Below, piece after piece: positions 38,059 through 50,700 of a stretch of DNA of 64,000 nt. How positions within the stretch are numbered: position 1 is the stretch's first letter; every line of letters starts with the position of its first letter. The position numbers and the translations under genes are program-made. The DNA is from Centroscyllium fabricii. Its lineage: Eukaryota. The stretch lies in NCBI GenBank assembly GCA_051313645.2, contig JBNRSN020000001.1, positions 382,974,001 to 383,038,000 on the forward strand. The letters are read 5' to 3'. Under the pieces are notes generated by a model. It was not told where the DNA came from, ran no database searches, and saw nothing but the letters and a program-made list of their open reading frames with translations.

Positions 38059-38588
38059 CAGGTTGAACACCATTAATCGGCAGGGTCGGGACCAGCACCG
38101 TGCCGAATTGTTGAAAACATCGAATGATTGAAGCTTCGGCAGCGCATGCACAGACCATTCAAAATGGCACCCGCAAAATTTTGAATGGTCTGCGCATGCG
38201 CTCGCCATTTGGTGCCACATGCGCAGATTATTCAAAATGGCCACCGCAAAGTTTTGAATGGTCTGCGCATGCGCTCGCCATTCGGCGGTGCATGCACAGA
38301 TCATTTAAAATGGCCACCGCAAAATTTTGAATGGTCTGCGCATGCACTCGCCGTTCGGCGGCGCATGCGCAGATCATTCGCTGAAGCATCAATCGTTCAG
38401 GGAGGCCCGGGCATGGCCAGCCAAGCGCGGTGGCCATGTTGCGCATGCGCAGACCAGTCGGGAAGGCCCGGGCATGCGCAGCCACGCACGGCGGCCATTT
38501 TGCGCATGCGCAGGCCAGTCGGGGAAATCGTTGCTGGACGTTTGAAGCTGCCGGTTTTTCAGGTAACGGATTAACGGTGCTCAACCTG
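38059..38588. mobile_element. Tc1/mariner (pogo/Tigger-like) MITE with internal tandem hairpins
   Basis: TA TSD, TIRs CAGGTTGAACACCATTAATC and GATTAACGGTGCTCAACCTG. Confidence 0.88.
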
Positions 38589-39008
38589 TATCATGCTTGA
38601 GATATTGAAGGTAACATTGATTTATATGTGGTCTACAAGGCTCCGTGACCTGCGAGGTTACATGGCATTCACCTAAATAGCCCATGCAACAAAAAGATTA
38701 AGCACTCCTGAAGAAACCGGTATGTAAATATTTGTAGGTGGGTTTTTTCACTAATAGTAATTTGTGTATTTATAATTCCTGCACAATTTGCCTGAACCAC
38801 TCTGTCTTCTCTTTCTTCCTCAATATTTTGCTTTTTCAAAGTATTCATTACAGTCCTCCCTTGCTGAAATATTTTGCATAATCCTCCTGATTCTTTTAAA
38901 CTTTAATACCCCCTTGTTGAGATTCACGTATCTCTGGTAAACAGGATCAAGTGCAAACCAATATGGTGGGTATATTGTGTTTAATCAGAGTTTAGGATGG
39001 AATATAAC

Positions 39009-39310
39009 TGATGCACAATCAATTACTACCAGTCGATGGTCAGATGCAATCGAGGCTTTTATTAACATAGAACTGGACACAGGTCTGATGATCTTCTAAG
39101 CCAAAGTGAAAGCACTCAGGTGTGCAGGCACTCTTATACTCTGTGGGCGGAGCCTGGGGAGGAAGCCAAAGAGCGGGGTCCTCCCAGGTGAATCTTCCCT
39201 GACAAGAAGGCAAGGAGTTGCAACCTTATAGTACAGTTACAGTACAGTTACAGGGAGGGGACACAAGGGAGAGACAATATACAATATATACAAGATAGTG
39301 GTTTACCACA
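39009..39310 (-). mobile_element. Solo LTR, family E
   Basis: TG...CA ends, TSD ATAAC, homologous to 61845-62118. Confidence 0.92.
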
Positions 39311-39999
39311 ATAACACACTAGTAATACAGCAAAAACATACGACCATGACAAGCAGCTTGTACCGGACCCGATCAGATGGCTGACATGCGTGAACAGTTC
39401 TCTGGCTTTTGGTCTCTCTCTCTCTCTCGGGCCTTCGATGGTGAGCATGGGATCACTCTTCAGAGAGTGTTCGACCAGCTGTCCAGCTCTCCCTTCCGCA
39501 GTCTGTGTGCAAGCCCTTGGAGTGTCACTTTTTATTCTCTTTTTAGGGATTGGCCTGATGCCAAGTTATTGACAAGACCATTTAATCTATAGAGGTTCCT
39601 CCAAAACTTCATCAACTTTGATGAAAGCCCTCCCCAAAATAGGGTCACATTACTTCATCCAATTTATCTTTTTTGTTTTTATATTTTGAAGGTTCCTCCA
39701 TTGGAATCCATCTTATCTCTCTTGATTCTATCCTCCTTAACCCACCAAGTACAAGGCTGTCCCTCTTAATCATGGCCCCAGCCAGAGCTGTCTCACATTA
39801 ACCAATCGCTATCTCACATTCATCTAGCAAATGGCCCACTCTAAGATGGATATCTTAGCCTCCTCAAATTCCTTTCATTCTATGTCTTTTTCTAATTAAC
39901 TTTTAATTATCTTAACAAGCAGTTCTGCTAAAGAAACTCAAAATTCTATCTGTGGAGATTATAATATGGTTATGGTTATTAGTAATAATGGAAGAAACA

Positions 40000-42348
40000 A
40001 AGGTTGGGCAGGGGAAGGCAAAGGGAAAGCGCGAATACTCATCTACCATCGTAAGGAGGTAGGTATTCCGTGTAGAAGAGAGCAATGGCCCTTTAAAGTC
40101 TATGCTAAGTCGCTGCATGGGCTGCATAGCGTGTATGAGTACGCCGTCTGATGGGCAGAAGAATTGTGGTTTCAATTCCGCACAAGTCCTGCAGGAGGAG
40201 CAAGCTTTTCTGACATCTTCCGTGGAGAATGGTAGATTTTTGGATCGCACAAAATGCAGCATGCGAGTTACGCTCGGATGGCATAAGTCCATATGGAGAT
40301 CCGCCAGGGTTGATGATGACATTGAAGAGCAGAATGCCCGTGTGAAGGTATCGGGGGCCACATTCTGTTTGCCGGGTCGGTAATGGATAATATAACCAAA
40401 GGCAGCCAACTCCATTCGCCAAAGTTGAATTTTATTATTTTTGATTTTGGTGCGTTTCCGGTTGTCAAGCATGAAGGCTACGGAAAGCTGATCGGTTGAG
40501 GGTAAAATGACGCCGAGCAAGAAAATGGCTCCATTGGCGCACAGCTTCGATGATGGCTGTGGCCTCCTTCTCGACAGGGGGATAATGGAGCTCGCTACCC
40601 TGCAAAGTTCTGGATAGAAATGCCACCGGTCGCCCACCTTGATTCAGAGTAGCCAAGATCGCTACCTCTGATGCGTCACACTCGACCACAAAGGGAAGGT
40701 TCTCATCGATGGAGCGAAGCGTGACTTTCTCCAGCAGCCGTTTGAGGAGGTCAAAGTCTGAAAGAGCCATTGTGTCTAATGGAAAGGACTTTGCATGAAG
40801 CAGGGGCTGTATTTTATCAGAAAAGTGAGGTGTCCACTTTGCATAATAAGCAAATATGCCAAGTGCCCGATGAATAGCGCCAAGATTTGCAGGAGGAGGA
40901 AGCTCCTGAAGTGGACGAAGTCGCTTTGGGTCTGGTTTAATGACCCCGTTGCCCACCCAGTAGCCAAGAATATTAACTGACGGTACCGATTTCACTGATT
41001 TAGAGTCGTTCAACGTTAAGTGACGACGACGGAGGACGTCAAAAAAGTGCCGCAGGTTGGCGTTGTGTTCCTTCTGATCATGGCCGGCAATAGTGATATT
41101 GTCCAAATACGGAAAAGTATCCGTCAAGTTCTCTTGCCTGACCAAGCCATCCATGGCTCGTTGAAAGACAGCCACCCCATTGGTGACCCCAAATGGAAGG
41201 CGACAAAACTGATAAAGCCGACCATTGGCCTCAAAGGCCGTATACTTCTTGTCTGAATCTTTCAGTGGCACCTGATGGTACGTGCTTTTTAAGTCAAAAG
41301 TTGAAAATACCTTGTACTTAGCAAGGTTGTTGACCATATCATCTATACGTGGGAGTGGGTAGGCATCCAGATCAGTATATTGGTTAGCGGTTTGTGAATA
41401 GTCGATACATAGATGTTTCTTATGTGGTTTTAAGGAGTTCTTCATAATAACGACTTGAGCCCGCCAGGGCGACGAACATGGTTCAATGATCCCCTCAGCT
41501 AAGAGGCGAGAAATTTCTGTCCTGATAAATGCTTGATCATCCTGGCTGAAACGTCATGATCTGGTGGCGATGGGTTTACAGCGGGGTGAGAGATTAGGAA
41601 ATAAGGAGGGTTCGCTGAGCAAGGCTGCTGAAAGTGCACAAAACGGCGCCTTAGAAATGGTAAGCTCCGGCCTCGACCCTCCAAACTCAAAAGTGAGTCT
41701 CTTGTGTTGCTTCTGAAAATCTTGCCCCAGAAGCACATCGCTGCATAAATTCTCGAGCCGAGTGGAGGAATAGGTGTGGCCGTTGAGGATGACAGTGACA
41801 AGGCAGAATCCAGCAGAATTGGTAGTCAAAGTCATCAAAGCCATCGCAATCTCTCTATCTGAAGGGTAAATGTGCAGTTTTAACTTGCTGACAGCCCGCT
41901 TACTGATGAAGCTGTCAGAGCTGCAGGAGTCAATTAATGTGCTCAGAGTGTGTCCATTGATCGAAACCTTCGTGGCTGCATAGGACAGACTTTGCCAATT
42001 CCTTGCCAAATTCCTTCCTGAGGTTAAGTTGCAACTGGTTGTTCCGAATCACTCCAGCGTGGAGACGATATTAAGTTGAATAAATTGATGTAATAAAGAC
42101 TTACCAAGCTTTTAGTGAACATAAAGCAAGGCTTTATTCAACTTATAATCCAACATAAAGACAGAAAGCTAGTTCAGTCACTAGCCTCCAAGTTTCAGAG
42201 TGTCTCTGTTCAACTGGTGCTTAAATCCCAGTATTTATACTTCCTGGTCAGGTGCCCTCAGCTGGCCGACCAGTAACTGTTCCTGGGTTGGTTGGAAGTC
42301 CAACCAATAACTCTTCCCAGATTATTTAGGAAGTCGTATTTTACGACA
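40000..42348 (-). mobile_element. Gypsy element D (same lineage): 5' LTR 42086-42348, gag deleted, decayed PR-RT-RNaseH and partial IN, 3' end lost
   Basis: Motifs LIDSCSS, YPLPRIDD, YLDN, CDASE, HPSV..CRTC, IDFKGPL. The LTR is bounded by TG...CA. Confidence 0.88.
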
Positions 42349-42522
42349 GTTAGCATGCAGGTACAGCAAGTAATCAAAAAGACAAATGGAATGTTGGCCT
42401 TTATTTCAAAGGGGTTGGAGTATAAAAGCAGGGAAGTCCTGCTACAACTGTACAGGGTATTGGTGAGACCACACCTTGAGTACTGCATACAGTTTTCATC
42501 TCCTTATTTAAGGAAGGATATA

Positions 42523-42939
42523 CAGGAACACAATCCCTTATCCGCAACTCCAAAAAACGAAAAGCTCCAAAAACCGAAGTCCAGGGTTACGCCAACGTAA
42601 TCATTTTTTTCTTAAATACATTGAAGCTGCAGCAGAAAAAACACGTTCCTACCCCGATCTCGGCTGTTGATGCCATGCTGAGGAAAAAAACGGCCGATCT
42701 CTCGCTCCAAACGGCCGATCTCCCCCAGCAAATGGCCGATTTCCCCCTGCAAACAGCCGGTCTCCCGCTCCAAATGGCCGATATGCCATTCCCCGACTGC
42801 GAGCTGGGCCGCAAACATGGAAATGCGCATGTGCATGCTATCTGCGCATGCGCACTGGAGCCAACTCTAAAAACCGTATTTATCCGAAAACTGAGACCCG
42901 CCCAGTCCCGAGGTTTTCGGATAAAGGGTTGTGTACCTG
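42523..42939. mobile_element. Tc1/mariner-type MITE inserted in CR1, with 21-bp internal repeats
   Basis: TA TSD, TIRs CAGGAACACAATCCCTTATCCG and CGGATAAAGGGTTGTGTACCTG, about 5 units of aaacggccgatctctcgctcc at about 42688-42795. Confidence 0.85.
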
Positions 42940-45467
42940 TACTTGCATTGGAGGCAGTTCAGAGATGATTCACTAGGTTAATTCCAGAGATGAGGGGGTT
43001 GACTTATGAGGAAAGGTTGAGCAGGTTGGGCCTATACTCATTGGAATTTAGAAGAATGAGAGGTGATCTTATTGAAACATATGATACTAAGGGGGCTCGA
43101 CAAGGTAGATGCAGAGAGGTCGTTTCCCCTCATGGGGGAATCTTGAACTCGGGGGCATAGTTTCAGAATAAAGGGTCGCCCTTTTAGAACTGAAATGAGG
43201 AGGAATTTCTTCTGAGAGTCGTACATCTGTGGAATTCTCTGCCCGAAGAGTCATGGAGGCTGGGTCATTAAATACATTTAAGATGGCGATAGACAAATGT
43301 TTGCAAGATAAGGGAGTGACGGGTTAGATCTGGTCCTGTGTAATGAGACAGGATTAATTAAAAATGTCCTAGTAAAGGATCCCCTTGGAATGAGTGACCA
43401 TAACATGGTTGAATTCCATATTCAATTAGAGGGTGAGTAGGTTGGATCTCAAACAAGCGTGCTAAGCTTAAATAAAGGAGACTATGAAGGTATGAGAGAG
43501 GAATTGATTAGAGTGGATTGGGAAAAACAGATTAAAGAGTAAGACGATATACGATCAGTGGTGTACATTTAAGGAGTTACTTTACAACTTCCAAAAAATG
43601 TATATTCCACTGAGAAGAAAAGGGTGTAAAAGAAAAGACAGCCATCCGTGGCTAAGCAAACAAATTAAGGATAGTATTTGACAAAAAACAAGGGCATATA
43701 AGGTAGCTAAATCTAGTGGGAGGATAGAGGATTGGGAAAACTTTAAAATACAGCAAAAAAAACAAAAAGATTGATTAAGAAAGGGAAGATAGATTATGAA
43801 AGTAAATTAGCAAAAAATATAAAAACAGATAGTAAGAGTTCCTATAGTTATGTAAAAAGAAAAAGGGTGGCTAAAGTAAATGTTGGTCCCTTAGAGGATG
43901 AGACTGGGAAATTAATGGCGGTAAATATGGAGATGGCAAAAACACTGAATGAATATTTTGTATCAGTCTTTATGGTAGAGGACACTAAGAATATCCCAAC
44001 ACTAGACAAACAGGGGACTATAGGGGGGAGGAGCTAAACACGATCAAAATCACTGAGGAAGTGGTACTCGGTAAAATAATGGGACTCAAGGCGGATAAAT
44101 CAACTGGACCTGATGGCTTACATCCTAGGGTCTTGAGGGAAGTGGCAGTAGGGATTGTGGATGCATTGGTAATAATTTTCCAAAACTCCCTGGACTCAGC
44201 AAAGGTCCTGGCAGACTGGGAAACTGCTAATGTAACACCCTTATTTAAAAAGGGCAGTAGACAGAAGGCTGGAAACTATAAACCGGTTAGCCTAACATCT
44301 GTCGTGGGTAAAATTTTGGAGTCCATTATTAAGGAGACAGTAACAGGACATTTGGACAAACATAATTTAATAGGACAAAGTCAGTATGGTTTTATGAAGG
44401 GGAAGTCTTGTTTGACAAATTTATTGGAGTTCTTTGAGGTAGTAACATATAGGGTGGATAAAGGGGAACCAGTGGACATAGTGTATTTAGACTTTCAAAA
44501 GGCATTTGACAAGGTGCCACACAAAAGATTATTGCTTAAAGTAAAAAATCACGGAATTTGGGTAATATTCTGGCATGGATAGAGGATTGGCTATCTAACA
44601 GAAGGCAGAGAGTTGGGATAAATGGTTCATTCTCAGACTGGCAATCGGCAACTAGTGGTGTTCCGCAGGGTTCAGTGCTTGGACCCCAACTCTTTACAAT
44701 CTATATTAATGATTTGGAGGAGGGGACCAAGTGTAACATATCAAGGTTTGCAGATGATACTAAGATGGGAGGGAAAGTAGTGAGGGAGGAGGACATAAAA
44801 AACCTGCAAGGGGACATAGACAGGCTAAGTGAGTGGGCAGAGATTTGGCAGATGGAATACAATACTGGAAAGTGTGAGGTTATGCACTTTGGCAGGAAAA
44901 ACCGGAGAGCTAGTTATTATCTTAATGGCAAGAAACTGGAAAGTACTGTAGTACAAAGGGATCTAGGGGTCCTGGTGCACAAAACTCAAAAGGTTAGTAT
45001 GCAGGTGCAGCAAGTGATTAAGAAGGCCAATGGAATGTTGGCTTTCATTGCTAGGGGGATAGAATATAAAAATAGGAAGGTATTGCTTCAGTTGTACAAG
45101 GTATTGGTGAGACCGCACCTGGAATACTGCATACAGTTTTGGTGTCCATACTTAAGAAAGGACATACTCGCTCTCGAGTCAGTACAAAGAAGGTTCACTT
45201 GGTTATTCCCAGGGATGAGGGGTTGGACATATGAGGAGAGGTTGAGTAGATTGGGACTCTACTCATTGGAGTTCAGAAGAATGAGGGGAATCTTATTGAA
45301 ACATATAAGATTGTGAAGGGGTTGGATCGGGTGGACGCAGGGAGGATGTTCCCAATGATGGGTGAAACTAGAACTAGGGGGCATAATCTTAGAATAAGGG
45401 GCTGCTCTTTGAAAACAGAGATGAGGAGAAATTACTTCACTCAGAGGATAGTAGGTCCATGGAACAT

Positions 45468-45802
45468 ATAGCACTGTACAGGCCCTTGGGCCCTCAATGT
45501 AGTGCCGCGCTTAGTCCGTCTCCGATTTTTCCTGTCCCCCCTACTCTTCCTTCCCCTCCATGTACCTATCTATCATCCTTTTAAAAGCTCCCAGACTGTC
45601 CACATCCACTATTTCAGATGGTAGCCTATTCCACTCCCCGACCACTCTCTGTGTAAAGAACTTACCCCTGCCATCCCTTCTGAATCTTCCTCCTTGAATC
45701 TTGTGCTCGTGCTCGTGCCCTCTTGTTGTCGTTCTTCCCACCCGGGGAAACAGTCTCTGCACGTTTACTCTATCGATCCCCTTCATCATCTTGAACATGA
45801 AG
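45468..45802 (-). mobile_element. 5'-truncated CR1-like insertion inside the inner CR1
   Basis: Encodes FFTQRVVGEWNRLP. 19-bp TSD TAGTAGGTCCATGGAACAT (45449-45467, 45803-45821). Confidence 0.88.
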
Positions 45803-47722
45803 TAGTAGGTCCATGGAACATGCTGTCCAAAAAAGCTATAGAAGCTACATCATACATAAATTTAAAAAAGAAATAGACAGCTTCCTAGAAGTAAAAGGGA
45901 TTAAGGGTTACGGGGAGCGGGCAGGAATTTGGACATGAGTCTAGGTTCAGATCGGTCATGGCCCTGTGGGTAGTGGAGCGGGCCCAGGGACCGTGTAGCC
46001 TGATCCTGCTCCTATTTCGTGTGTCTAATTCTGTTAGATTCAGGAGATGGTTCTGTGATAGTAGATTGGTGGTTAGGATCAGATCAGCCATGATCTTATT
46101 GAATGGCGGAGCAGGCTCGAGGGGCTGATTGGCCTACTCCTGCTCCTATTTCTTATGTTCTTATGTCCTTATGTTATGGGGAGCGGGCTTGGAAGTGGCT
46201 TTGAGCCCAAGATCAGCCATGATCTTATTGAATGATGGAGCAGGCTCGAGGGGCCAAGTGGCCTATCCCTGTTCCTATTTCTTATGTTCTTATGTGTAAA
46301 GATTTAGCATGACTTCCTTGCTTTTGTACTCTATGCCGCTACTTATAAATCCAAGGATCCCATGCGCTTTTTTAAATGGCCTTATCATCTTGTCCTGACA
46401 CTTTAATTGGATTTCATCAAGAGGAAGGGCAATCAAACCTCAAATATTTAATATTTTCACATGAAAGAAACCAATGGCCTGAATTTTCCTCTCAGCGGCC
46501 CCTTTAACAGGCTACGTGGCCCATTCAAAAATCCGCACATTGTGCGGTTTTTGCATTTAAAAGCCAGTGAGCCGGCTGTGCGTGTCTTCCAGAGTGCTGC
46601 GTGGCTTAAAGGGAACATTGGTAGTATGTCAAAACCAGGAAACTACAGGCCTATTAGTTTAACTTCAGTCATGGTCAAGTATTGTTAAAGAAGCATGTTA
46701 AATAAATGACCGCCGATAAAAAGCAGAAATCAGAGGAAATCCCACCATGGTTCCTGGAAAAAGATGTCATGTCTCAACAACTTTTTTTGAATTTTTTGAA
46801 AAGATTACAAGATTGGTGAATGATGGAAGTCCAGTAGATTTTCAAAACACCTTTGATAACATGCCACACCAGAGGCTGCTAAGTAAGGTTGCATCTTGTG
46901 AGATGGATGGGCAGATCTTAGGTTGGATAGCAAATTAGTTGCATTCAAGCAGACAGACATTAAGAGCTCTGTGTGGAGGTAAGTCACTAATATTTCAAAA
47001 TGCCTTGTGAAGGATTGGGTTGTGTAATGGTTATAGTATTGCCTAGTAACCCAGAAGTTATGAGTTCCGACCCCACGTCCGTGCTGCCCCCACCCAATCT
47101 GCCGTACGTGTGCTTCTGATCCACACGACATAGTTGACACTTGATGCCCTCTGAAGTGTTCTCAGGACAACCTTGCCAGTGTCACCCATATGCTGGGAAA
47201 AGATTTAAAAGAACAGTTTAAACGCCTTCTAGATATCTCTTTGGGTTGGGCTTGTTTTCTATCATTAGTACCAATGACCTTGAATTTTTGAAAAATTTGT
47301 ACTGCCATAGTTTCAGCTGCAGATCAATGAAATCCCCAAAGAAACAGCAAAAACAGCTATTTTTGCCACTTTTTCTGGAGTCTTGCTGATCTCCCACCAA
47401 AGTTATGGCTGGAGATTGGGATAACCTGACGTATCGTCAATTGTCTTAATAAGAGACTAAACGAGTAGTGACCTTAACTATAGGCTTTTATTAACTTACT
47501 TTGGAGCTACCCTCCGAACGAACATCAGAACAGAATGAGGGAGCCCCGGTCAGTCCTCACCTATAAAGGCCTCACCTGGGGGAGGAGTTAGAGGTGTGGC
47601 TGACCTGGCTCCACGACAGTGTTACAAAGCGGTGTATCATACAAAGCCAATGTTGGCGACAATATTACAGTGGTAATCGTATATACAATATGGGTTAACA
47701 CATTCACCCCTTCTTGAAAATT

Positions 47723-50700
47723 TTAAGTCCGGCGGGGTGAATGGACAGAGCAGTTCATTATGAGCTTGTCCGGCGGTCGTGTCAGCCTGGAGGACTGCCG
47801 GGGCTCCGGTAAAGGTTCATCGTGTTCCGTACTGCTCGAGTCCGGTGGTTGTGACAGCGGCTCTGGTGCCGTGATTTCGGATGCTGGTGGTCTCAATTGG
47901 TCCGAGCCATCGGAATGGTGGTCTTGGGCTGGCCACGGCTGGGGCTCTGGAAACCTCGGAGGTCATCGTAGATGTAGGGGGTGTTCGAGATACTGTGGCT
48001 GGGCGGGCTGCTGCCCGACCAGGGGCTCTGCTGTGGTGCTCCCGGCGGGCGCCAGGTCCCTGATGGAGACGGTGTCCTCGCGCCCGTCCGGGAACTGCAC
48101 GAAGGCATATTGCGGATTCGCATGCAGGAGCTGCACCTTGTCCACCAGGGGGTCGGTCTTGTGGCCACGGACGTGTCTCCTAAGGAAGACCGGCCCCGGT
48201 GTCGTGAGCCATGGAGGAAGAGCTGTCCCCGAAGTCGACTTCCTGGGAAAGGAAAAAATCAAGTCATGAGGGGTGGCGTTAGTGGCCGTACACAGGAGAG
48301 AGCGTATTGAATGCAGCGCGTCTGGGAGGACTGCCTGCCAATGGGCCACTGGAAGGCCTCTGGACTTCAGAGCCAGGGTGACCGCCTTCCAGATGATCCC
48401 ATTCTCCCTTTCTACCTGGCCGTTCCCCCGGGGGTTATAACTGGTCGTTCTGCTCGTGGCAACCCCTTTCTGGAGCAGAAACTGACGCAGTTCATCGCTC
48501 ATGAACGATGACCCCCGGTCGCTATGGATGTAGCTGGGGAGACCGAAAATGGCGAACAGCGTGGTGAAGTGTTTTATCACCGTTGCGCTCGTCATATCTG
48601 CGCAGGGGAAGGCGAAGGGGAAGCGGGAGAACTCATCTACGACCGTGAGGAAGTATGAGTTGCGGTCGGTGGTGGGGAGGGGGCCTTTGAAGTCCACGCT
48701 TAGACGTTCAAAGGGGCGGGTGGCCTTAATGAGGTGCACCGTGTCTGGCCGGAAAAATTGGGGTTTGCACTCGGCGCAAACAGGGCACTCTCGGGTCATA
48801 GCCTTGATCTCCGTGATGGAGTAGGGGAGGCTACGGGATCTAACAAAGTGGGCAAGTCTGGTGACAGCCGGGTGGCAAAGGCGGTCGTGGAGGTCCTTCA
48901 GCCGGTCTAGCTGGGCACTGGCGCACGTTCCCCTGGACAGTGCGTCCGGGGGTTCATTGAGTTTACCTGGTCGGTAAAGAATGTCGTACTCGTAAGTCGA
49001 GAGTTCGATCCGCCACCGCAGGATCTTATCATTCTTGATCTTACCCTTCTGTTCATTATTAAACATAAACGCCACCGACTGTTGGTCAGTGAGAAGGGTA
49101 AAACGCTTACCGGCCAGGTAAAGACGCCAGTAGCGCACGGCCTCCACGATGGCCTGGGCCTCCTTTTCCACTGCAGAGTGGTGAGTTTCGGGTCCCTGTA
49201 GGGTGCGGGAGAAAAACGCTATGGGCCTGCCTGCCTGATTCAGGGTGGCAGCAAGGGCAAAGTCCGAAGCGTCGCTCTCCACCTGGAAGGAAATGGATTC
49301 ATCAACAGCGAGCATGGTCGCTTTGATGATGTCTTCCTTTATCCGGGCGAATACCATTTGGGCTTCTACCGAGAGGGGGAAGACGGCAGCCTTGAGGAGT
49401 GGTCTAGCCTTGTCCGCGAACTGTGGGACCCATTGTGCATAGTAGGAGAAAAATCCTAGGCATCTCCTCAAGGCTTTGGGGTTGTGAGGTAGGGGCAGTT
49501 CTTGTAGGGGGCGCATACGCTGTGGGTCGGGGCCGAGGACCCCGTTCTCCACCACGTATCCGAGGATGGCGAGCCGGTCTGTATTAAGGACACATTTGTC
49601 CTTGTTATACGTAAGGTCCAGCTTATCCACCGTGTCAAGGAATTTGGCCAGATTGGCACCGTGGTCCTGCTGGTCGTGGCCGCAGATGGTCACGTTGTCC
49701 AGGTAAGGGAAAGTGGCCCGCAACTCGTTCTGGTCAACCATGCGGTCCATCTCCCGTTGGAACACGGACACTCCGTTGGTCATGCCGAAGGGGACCCGGA
49801 GGAAGTGGTAGAGCCGACCGTTCGCCTCGAAGGCGGTGTACGGGCGGTCGGCTTTCCGGATCGGGAGTTGGTGATACGCCGACTTAAGGTCGATCGTGGA
49901 GAACACCTTATATTGGGCGATCTGATTGACCATGTCCGAGATGCGGGGGAGGGGGTAGGCGTCGAGCCCGGTGTAGCGGTTGATAGTCTGGCTGTAATCG
50001 ATAACCAGCCGCTGTTTCTCACCAGACTTCACCACTACTACCTGGGCACGCCAGGGGCTGGTGCTGGCTTCAATTATCCCCTCCTTCAGCATACGCCCGA
50101 CCTCCGACCTGATAAACGTGCGATCCCCCACACTGTACCGCCGACTCTTTGTAGCAATAGGTTTGCACTTGGGGTCGAGGTTGGCGAACAGTGAGGTGGG
50201 GTCGATTTTCAGGGTGGAGAGGCCGCAGGCCGTGCTCCGCTTTGGGAAGGGACTGTCCCGGCTACTGACGGTGAGGGGGGGCAAGGTCCCGCCGAACTCC
50301 ATTGTCACGCTCTTGAGGTGGCACTGGAAATCCAGACCTAGTAAGGCTGGGGCACACAACTGCTTGAGGGTATACAATTTAAAATTACGGTACACGCAAC
50401 CCTTGACCGTGAGCGTGACGGAGCAGTAGCCGGTGACGTCCGCGGTGTGGGACTGTGAAGCCAGGGAGACTTGGTAGTTCGTGGGCAGGATCTGCAGTCC
50501 ATAGCGCTGCGCTGTAACGGGGTGTATAAAACTCTCCGTGCTTCCAGTGTCAAACAGACAATTGGTAATATGGCCGTTAATTTTAATCGGCATGATTGAG
50601 TTAGAAAGGTTGTGTGGCCTAGCCTGGTCCACTTTGGGTATGGCTGAGGCCGAAGTGTGCCTTTGTGTGTGGGGGCCCCCTGCTGGTTGGGGCTGTACAC

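Larger units (their letters stand above)
42349..46294 (+). mobile_element. Nested CR1 LINEs: outer 3' fragment (42349-43325, resuming 46172-46294) and an inner 2.8-kb ORF2 fragment (43326-46171)
   Basis: RT motifs in ORFs 44061-44582 and 44558-45316 (GVPQGSVLGP, FADDTK). Two successive CR1 tails. Confidence 0.88.

Noticed and set aside
38140-38400. Regularly spaced palindromic repeats resembling a CRISPR array
   Set aside because: The inter-repeat sequences are themselves repeated rather than unique spacers, the array lies inside a TA-flanked MITE, and there are no cas genes.
38915-39999. Possible long solo LTR surrounding solo LTR E and abutting element D
   Set aside because: TG..CA ends can be chosen but there is no TSD and no second copy in the window.
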